Positions 18,644 through 23,715 of a DNA stretch of 23,715 nt are shown one piece after another. The notes beneath the pieces are model-generated. The model did no database searches. It was not told the origin of the DNA and saw nothing but the letters and a program-made list of their open reading frames with translations. Source of the stretch: Candidatus Methylomirabilota bacterium (GTDB lineage: Bacteria > Methylomirabilota > Methylomirabilia > Rokubacteriales > CSP1-6); NCBI GenBank assembly GCA_046726415.1, contig JBKPAK010000322.1, positions 1 to 23,715 of the forward strand, given 5' to 3'. Positions within the stretch are counted from its first letter, which is position 1; each line of letters starts with the position of its first letter. A program made the translations under genes and the position numbers.

Positions 18644-18673
18644 GGCCGCCCGCCCGTAGCGGGAGGGACGGCC
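18644..18673. terminator. GC-rich hairpin between convergent genes (possible bidirectional terminator)
   Basis: GGCCG-CCC-G-CCCG [TAG] CGGG-A-GGG-A-CGGCC fills the gap between two stop codons; no U-tract. Confidence 0.4.
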
Positions 18674-18674
18674 A

Positions 18675-19922
18675 TCAGCGGAGGTTACCTCTCATCCCGC
18701 CCACCCCGAATTCCGCGCGGACGCGGTTCACGGCCTCCCTGAGCTCGCGCTCGTGGCGGACCCGCGACTCCACCCAGTCCTCGGCGAACCATCGGCGGAC
18801 CATGGCGTCCCCGAATCCGAGGTGACATCTCACGCCCATCACGGCCTCGAGCGACAGGCAGGCCGTGCTGACCGTGAAGATCGCGGGCCGCTGCCGCTCC
18901 GAAGCGGGCTGGAGCAACACCTCGCGAAACACCACCTCGAAGGGGAGAAAGAAGACACCCGGGTCCGTGAGCACGATGACCCGGTCGAACTCTCGGCTCA
19001 GGACGGCCCGGACCTGTTCGATCTTCTGACGATCGTCTCGCGGATGGGGCTTGATGACGAGGATGCTCCGGGCCGGCGAGTCGCGTACGACGAATTCCCG
19101 ATACGCCTCGATCTCGGCTTCGCGAGTCATCTTCCGGCCTTCGGTGAAGTTAGAGGTCAACAAGACACTGACCGCTTCCCGGCTGGCGAGCCTTCTCAGC
19201 TCTGCCACGTCATCGCTGGTGATCAGGGGCCGTAATTCGTCGAAGATCCTCGAAAACAGGTGGCGATCCAATCTGACCGTGGGCATCGGTGGAGTGGTGA
19301 ATGCATCTGGCAACAGCATATAGCCGATATCGAAGCGCGGTGGCTCCACCGAGATCCGCAGACCCGCTCGCCTCTCGAGGCCGTGCCTCAGCAATGCCAA
19401 CGCGCGTCGCGCTGAGGCGCGGAGCGGCCGCCGCCGCGCGGGGACGACCTGGCGACGAGTACTCGGATTGAACCGATCTTCGGTCAGGTACATGCCGATC
19501 CCGTCCCCGTAGCAGACTTGTCGCGCTGCTCGGTACGCATTCATGAACAACACATTGCCGATCTGCCAATCCTTGCCGAGGAACAGCTCGTCCGCCTCCG
19601 CGGTGCCCACGCGCTCATACACACGCTGGAACACCGCGCGAGGCGCGGAGTCGGACACCCGGCGGGCCAGGGCACTCAGCTCCCCATCGCTGAAGTACAC
19701 GATGCGCTTCCATGCCCCCAGACAGGTGGCCATCTCTTTGAGGATCTGCACGAACTCACCGTCCTGTCCCGACGGAGCCGCGAGATTGTAAATGACGAGA
19801 TAGTCCTCCCAGTCGTGGTCGCGCTGATTCTCTTCGAGGAGGCGATGCCTCCTGGCGGCCGTGGCCGCCACGAGCTGGATGCTGCCCTGGCAGGTTACGA
19901 TTCGTCGGTGTGTTCGCGGCAT
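18675..19922 (-). CDS. Sialyltransferase/polysialyltransferase-like glycosyltransferase (CMP-ulosonic acid dependent, inferred)
   Basis: N-terminal TCQGSIQL, CYGDGIG (D/E-D/E-G-like), VIKPHPRD (HP motif), LPFEV, VSTACLS. Alternative GTG start at 19946. Confidence 0.65.
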   Translation of the reverse strand: MPRTHRRIVTCQGSIQLVAATAARRHRLLEENQRDHDWEDYLVIYNLAAPSGQDGEFVQILKEMATCLGAWKRIVYFSDGELSALARRVSDSAPRAVFQRVYERVGTAEADELFLGKDWQIGNVLFMNAYRAARQVCYGDGIGMYLTEDRFNPSTRRQVVPARRRPLRASARRALALLRHGLERRAGLRISVEPPRFDIGYMLLPDAFTTPPMPTVRLDRHLFSRIFDELRPLITSDDVAELRRLASREAVSVLLTSNFTEGRKMTREAEIEAYREFVVRDSPARSILVIKPHPRDDRQKIEQVRAVLSREFDRVIVLTDPGVFFLPFEVVFREVLLQPASERQRPAIFTVSTACLSLEAVMGVRCHLGFGDAMVRRWFAEDWVESRVRHERELREAVNRVRAEFGVGGMRGNLR

Positions 19923-20068
19923 CTCTATTGGCAGACTCTCGACCACCGCGCGGGCACGGTGCTGGAGGCTCCAGCCGCGAGCGCCTTCTCAAGCCTCGTC
20001 CCTGCGCGACCCCGAACAGCGATCGAGGGCCCGACGCTCATGGCTCGAGTTCGTTCGAGGAAATCCGG

Positions 20069-20926
20069 TCAGCGGGCAGCCAGGCCGAGCCGTCTGACGA
20101 GGCCGGATCGCAGCCTCGTTCGGATGCCGGCCAGCGTCTGCCTAGCCCTCCGCGATTGAGTCGAGGGTGAGTTGCCTTCGAGCAGATCCAGCCTGACCGC
20201 GGATCGAAACTTACTGAGCTCGATATCCCAGTCCGAGACGTCGCCGGCCGTCCTTGCTTCATTGAAATACCGGAACCACAGCTCCCCATAGGGGTGATTT
20301 CGATACTTCCAGGGCTGCGTGTAGAGCCCCGTATAGTGAATGATCTTGGTCTGGTCGTCGTAGCGGTCGAGCATGTTCCACGACCGACTCAAGCCGCCGA
20401 TTCGGTACGGGTGGAGGGCCAGGAAGCTGCTGCGCATCTGATGGACATCGGTGTAGGAGTAGAGACCTTGATCGATCTCACGAAAGAACCTCTCGATGTC
20501 GAACTGGCAGCGGCCACAGTCGATCACCATGACGCTCAAAGCCCAGCTGCCGGGGCCGGCATTGGTCTCGGGGGCGGCCAGGAAGTCGCAGCCGTCCAGT
20601 GGTGTGTCGAACAGCTCACCGATGTCGGCGAGGCAGATCATGTCCGAGTCGAGCCAGATCGCCCGCCCCTCTCCGCCACAGAGCTTCGGGATCAGAAATC
20701 GGTAGTTGCTGAACTCGGTCCGGTTCTGGTACTTGACCTTCAACGACAGTGGCGCCGGGACCGGTTCCGCGTCATTGCGCTCGATGGCATTGTGGGTGCC
20801 GTTGAAGACATAGATGTCCAGGGGACGCCGCGTGTGCTTTCGCAGCGAGTAGATCAGTGTCTTGCGTTCGACGAGGCTCGCCTCTCCGGAACCGATGAAC
20901 ACCCTGACCAGCGCGCCTTGGCCCAC
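20069..20926 (-). CDS. GT-A fold, GT8-like glycosyltransferase
   Basis: VFIGS..ER, SLRKHT, TEFSNYRFLIP, RAIWLDSDMIC..DIGELF (DxD), SVMVIDC, WN.LD, IIHYT...QPW; GGAGG 7 nt before the GTG. Confidence 0.8.
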   Translation of the reverse strand: MGQGALVRVFIGSGEASLVERKTLIYSLRKHTRRPLDIYVFNGTHNAIERNDAEPVPAPLSLKVKYQNRTEFSNYRFLIPKLCGGEGRAIWLDSDMICLADIGELFDTPLDGCDFLAAPETNAGPGSWALSVMVIDCGRCQFDIERFFREIDQGLYSYTDVHQMRSSFLALHPYRIGGLSRSWNMLDRYDDQTKIIHYTGLYTQPWKYRNHPYGELWFRYFNEARTAGDVSDWDIELSKFRSAVRLDLLEGNSPSTQSRRARQTLAGIRTRLRSGLVRRLGLAAR

Positions 20927-20981
20927 GACCAATCCTCCATCATCGCCCCACGACGGCAGCAGTGGGGGGCCTGCTTCCAGG

Positions 20982-21839
20982 CTAGCGAGCGGCCTCCTGG
21001 ACCGCCGGACGAGGACGGAACACGGCGTTGTGCGCAATGGTCTCCGGATCCCGGCCGGCGGCGAGCAGTGACTTCCCGAGCGTCGTATCGTGCCGGGCGC
21101 GCTGCTCGTATCCGCACTCGGCAAGGAACGCGAAGAGCTCCGCCTTGTAGCGACGGTTGATCTCCACCTGCAGCGACTTCGGACGGTTGGCGCCGGTGAG
21201 CAGTTGCCGCATGCCCTTCAGCACCAGCAGCTCGTTCCCGTCCACGTCGATCTTGACGTGATGAGGCGGCCCAATCACGCCGCTCTCGATGAGCGAATCG
21301 ACGGTCACCCCCAGCTTGCGCTCGGAGACGACGGGCTGAAACCTGACCTCGTCACCGTCCACGAGACAGTCGAGCTGGCTCATGGACGAGCCGCTGACGA
21401 AACTTTGATAGTGGAAGTCGAAAAAGCCGTTCCGATCGTGCAAGGCACAGCACAGAGGGACGACCGACTCGGCCACCCGGTTCAGGTGGACATTGTACAG
21501 CAAGCTGACGAAATTGGGCGCGTGGGGCTCGAAGGCGTACACCCGTCCGCTTGAACCAACCCGCTGCGCGGCCAGCAGCGTATAGAGCCCGATGTTGGCG
21601 CCCACGTCGTAGAACGTCTCGCCTGGCTTCACCCCCTCCCGAATCCATGCCACCGTCCCCTCCTCCTTGGAGAAGAGGGTCTCGGCGCGCCATCGCTCGA
21701 GGTCCGACTCGCAGCGAAAGACGAACCGCTCGTCCCCGTCCTGCACGGCGACGTGCTTCACGAGCCGCTTCCGCCAAGCGAAGCGGTACCGGTCCAGGAT
21801 CCTCTCCCGGATCCGGCCGAGCGCCGCTACCGGCCTCAC
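20982..21839 (-). CDS. FkbM-family methyltransferase
   Basis: FYDVGANIGLYTL, VYAFEP, HVKIDVDGNELLVLKG; GTGA overlap with the upstream stop. Confidence 0.92.
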   Translation of the reverse strand: MRPVAALGRIRERILDRYRFAWRKRLVKHVAVQDGDERFVFRCESDLERWRAETLFSKEEGTVAWIREGVKPGETFYDVGANIGLYTLLAAQRVGSSGRVYAFEPHAPNFVSLLYNVHLNRVAESVVPLCCALHDRNGFFDFHYQSFVSGSSMSQLDCLVDGDEVRFQPVVSERKLGVTVDSLIESGVIGPPHHVKIDVDGNELLVLKGMRQLLTGANRPKSLQVEINRRYKAELFAFLAECGYEQRARHDTTLGKSLLAAGRDPETIAHNAVFRPRPAVQEAAR

Positions 21840-22663
21840 GTTCGCTCGATGTTGATGGTGAGGGTCGGCCGCATCGCCTCGCTGCCGTGCCCGGTCATCG
21901 GGTACACGGCGTGGTGCGAGTTGAAGGTCTTGATGAAGAGCACACACTGGTTCGGCTGGAACGGGAAGACGCGGAGCACCTCGCACTCGGCAAAGTCCAT
22001 CTGTCGATTCATGAAGTTGAAGTTGCGCGTGGCGTCCTTGGGGCGAAGGATTGCCGTTCCCCCGCCCCAGCTCGTATTCCAGACTCCATCGTCCACCATC
22101 GACAAGACCAGGGTGATCAGCTTGGCGGGCGCGTCCGTGTGTGGCTTGATGCACCCTCCGTCAGCCGGCAACATGGAGAACTCGAAGCGAGTGCTGAGGA
22201 CCCCGGCGTGGCCGGTCAGGCTCCGCAGCCGCTTCCGCACGCGCAGCCCGAGTTGCTGCGACCAGGGCGACAAGTGGTGGACGGTGTTGATCGGCACGGA
22301 TTGCAGCCCGAGGTCGATGGACTGAGACGACAACAATTGCAGCACGTTCGTAATGAACGATCCGCTCTTCGTCCACTCGTAGAAGCCCCGCCAAGGCGGT
22401 GACGATTCGATGAAGCGGTGGTACGCTCCTGGGTTGTTCACCTCCGACAGCGAGTACTTCTTACCCAGCTCGGCCTTGAACTCGAACAAATCCCGGCCCG
22501 GCCAGTTCGCCCGCAGCTCCCGATACAAGTCGGGAGCGAACACACCGACCCCGTACCCGACCGGGAAGGGCTCGTACACGAATTGCATCGCGTCGAGAGA
22601 AAGCGGGAGGCGCGAGGTTCCCGCCGCCGGATCTCGGCGCCCAATCAAGGTCGTTGAGGTCAT
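21836..22663 (-). CDS. 2OG-Fe(II) oxygenase superfamily protein
   Basis: PHTD (HxD), WGGGT, F.PN..VLF, SHHAV (distal His) and R.TLTIN (2OG-binding Arg); GGAGG 8 nt before the ATG. Confidence 0.85.
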   Translation of the reverse strand: MTSTTLIGRRDPAAGTSRLPLSLDAMQFVYEPFPVGYGVGVFAPDLYRELRANWPGRDLFEFKAELGKKYSLSEVNNPGAYHRFIESSPPWRGFYEWTKSGSFITNVLQLLSSQSIDLGLQSVPINTVHHLSPWSQQLGLRVRKRLRSLTGHAGVLSTRFEFSMLPADGGCIKPHTDAPAKLITLVLSMVDDGVWNTSWGGGTAILRPKDATRNFNFMNRQMDFAECEVLRVFPFQPNQCVLFIKTFNSHHAVYPMTGHGSEAMRPTLTINIERT

Positions 22664-22759
22664 CTTCCCCACCTCCCCGGCGCCGAGGCCGGAGGGCCAC
22701 GCTCTGGCGCCTCGGTCAGGCTCTGCCTGGCGTGGGCGAACTTCTTGCAGAACGAAAGG

Positions 22760-22788
22760 ATTGTCGAAGACGCTGCCAAGCTTGTCAA
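22760..22788 (-). promoter_or_regulatory. Sigma70-type promoter for the leftward four-gene unit
   Basis: Minus strand TTGACA (22788-22783), 17-nt spacer, GACAAT (22765-22760), ~100 bp upstream of the oxygenase start. Confidence 0.6.
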
Positions 22789-22823
22789 GGCGGGTTGGCG
22801 CTCAGCAGGATACACTACTCGCC

Positions 22824-23699
22824 ATGACGATCGGTGTGCCTTCGCTCTCGGCAACGGCTCCAGCGGTGGTCCTCACTCCCGAGAGCGGCCTCCGACATCC
22901 TCTCCAGCTCGTGCGAGACATGCTGCGCGACGTCGCTCGCTCACGCGAGTTGGCATGGCGGCTTCTGGTCCGGGATCTCCGGGCCCAGTACCGCCAGTCC
23001 ATCTTCGGCATTGCGTGGGCATTTCTCCCGCCGATCGTGATGGCGGTGGCGTTCACACTGGCCCGCAAAACTCAAATCCTGGTGGTCGGCGAGACCAGCC
23101 TGCCATATCCCGTGTACGTGCTGTTCAGCACGATCCTGTGGCAGACGTTCGTGGAGGCGCTGAACGGCCCGCTGGTGGCCCTCTCCCAGGCCAAGCCGAT
23201 GCTCTCCCGGATCAACTTCCCGCGAGAGGCCCTCATCCTGGCCAAGCTGGGGGAGCTCATCGTGAACTTCGCCATCAAGCTGCTCCCGCTGGCAGCGGTC
23301 CTCATATGGTTTGCGATTCCCGTCCACTGGACCGTCGTCCTGGCCCCGGCTGGCCTGGTCGCCCTTGTCCTCCTCGGGACACTGTTCGGTCTGGTCCTCG
23401 CGCCTCTCGGGCTGCTCCTTCACGACGTGCCGAAGGGAATCCCGCTGGTGACGGCGACCTGGTTCCTGCTGACGCCGGTCGTGTACCCCGTACCCGCCGG
23501 CGGACTCTTTGCGACCGTCGTCAAGCTGAATCCCGTGACACCGCTCCTCGTCAGCACGCGAGAGTTGGTGACCAGCGGGATGCTCTCCGATCCGCGCGCC
23601 TTCGTCGCCGTCGGTCTCCTCACTCTCCTGGGGCTGGCGGCGGCCTGGGTCGTCTATCGCCTCGCCATGCCGTTCGCCCTCGAGCGGATCAGTGCCTGA
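22824..23699 (+). CDS. wzm: ABC-2 polysaccharide exporter permease (Wzm/RfbA-like)
   Basis: RELAWRLLVRDLRAQYRQSIFGIAWAFLPP, LSRINFPRE, WFLLTPVVYP, LNPVTPLL; about 6 TM segments. Confidence 0.9.
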   Translation: MTIGVPSLSATAPAVVLTPESGLRHPLQLVRDMLRDVARSRELAWRLLVRDLRAQYRQSIFGIAWAFLPPIVMAVAFTLARKTQILVVGETSLPYPVYVLFSTILWQTFVEALNGPLVALSQAKPMLSRINFPREALILAKLGELIVNFAIKLLPLAAVLIWFAIPVHWTVVLAPAGLVALVLLGTLFGLVLAPLGLLLHDVPKGIPLVTATWFLLTPVVYPVPAGGLFATVVKLNPVTPLLVSTRELVTSGMLSDPRAFVAVGLLTLLGLAAAWVVYRLAMPFALERISA

Positions 23700-23715
23700 T
23701 CTCTGGCGAGATCAC

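Noticed and set aside
20069..22663. Oxygenase + glycosyltransferase as a phage-type DNA base hypermodification system
   Set aside because: No phage, nucleotide-metabolism or DNA methylase genes nearby; the context is entirely cell-surface glycan.
29..23623. Numerous other overlapping Arg/Pro/Ala-rich ORFs (e.g. 1110..2117, 9784..10659, 12545..13372, 17760..18602, 20294..21160)
   Set aside because: Expected shadow ORFs in high-GC DNA; they overlap motif-supported genes and show no recognisable domains.
16694..23699. Long N-terminal extensions in the ORF track (17902, 21124, 22154, 22410; also 11012 and 12214)
   Set aside because: They overlap neighbouring real genes; internal starts with an RBS or stop/start coupling fit better.

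Overview
High-GC bacterial surface-polysaccharide locus; no rRNA, tRNA or CRISPR array was seen. The flanks carry intact genes typical of ABC-transporter-dependent glycan synthesis: a multi-domain GT4, five SAM methyltransferases (one with a long tandem-repeat coiled coil), GT2/GT4/GT8-like enzymes, a sialyltransferase-like protein, a 2OG-Fe(II) oxygenase and a Wzm-type permease. The middle (~5.4-14.6 kb) is a decaying minus-strand flippase/Wzy-type module. Its history can be reconstructed from the sequence: a ~1.07-kb microhomology inversion split a MurJ-like flippase from its own first 12 codons and flipped a WbsX/GH99-like gene, an IS630 inserted at a CTAG in the flippase, and an intact IS3 with no target duplication sits where the intervening DNA was deleted. 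The best candidates for new biology are (i) a possible tunable 'molecular ruler' methyltransferase built from 29-residue repeats and (ii) a four-gene unit with its own promoter (2OG oxygenase, FkbM methyltransferase, GT8-like, sialyltransferase-like) that may tailor the glycan. All product calls come from motif recognition by eye, not from database searches.
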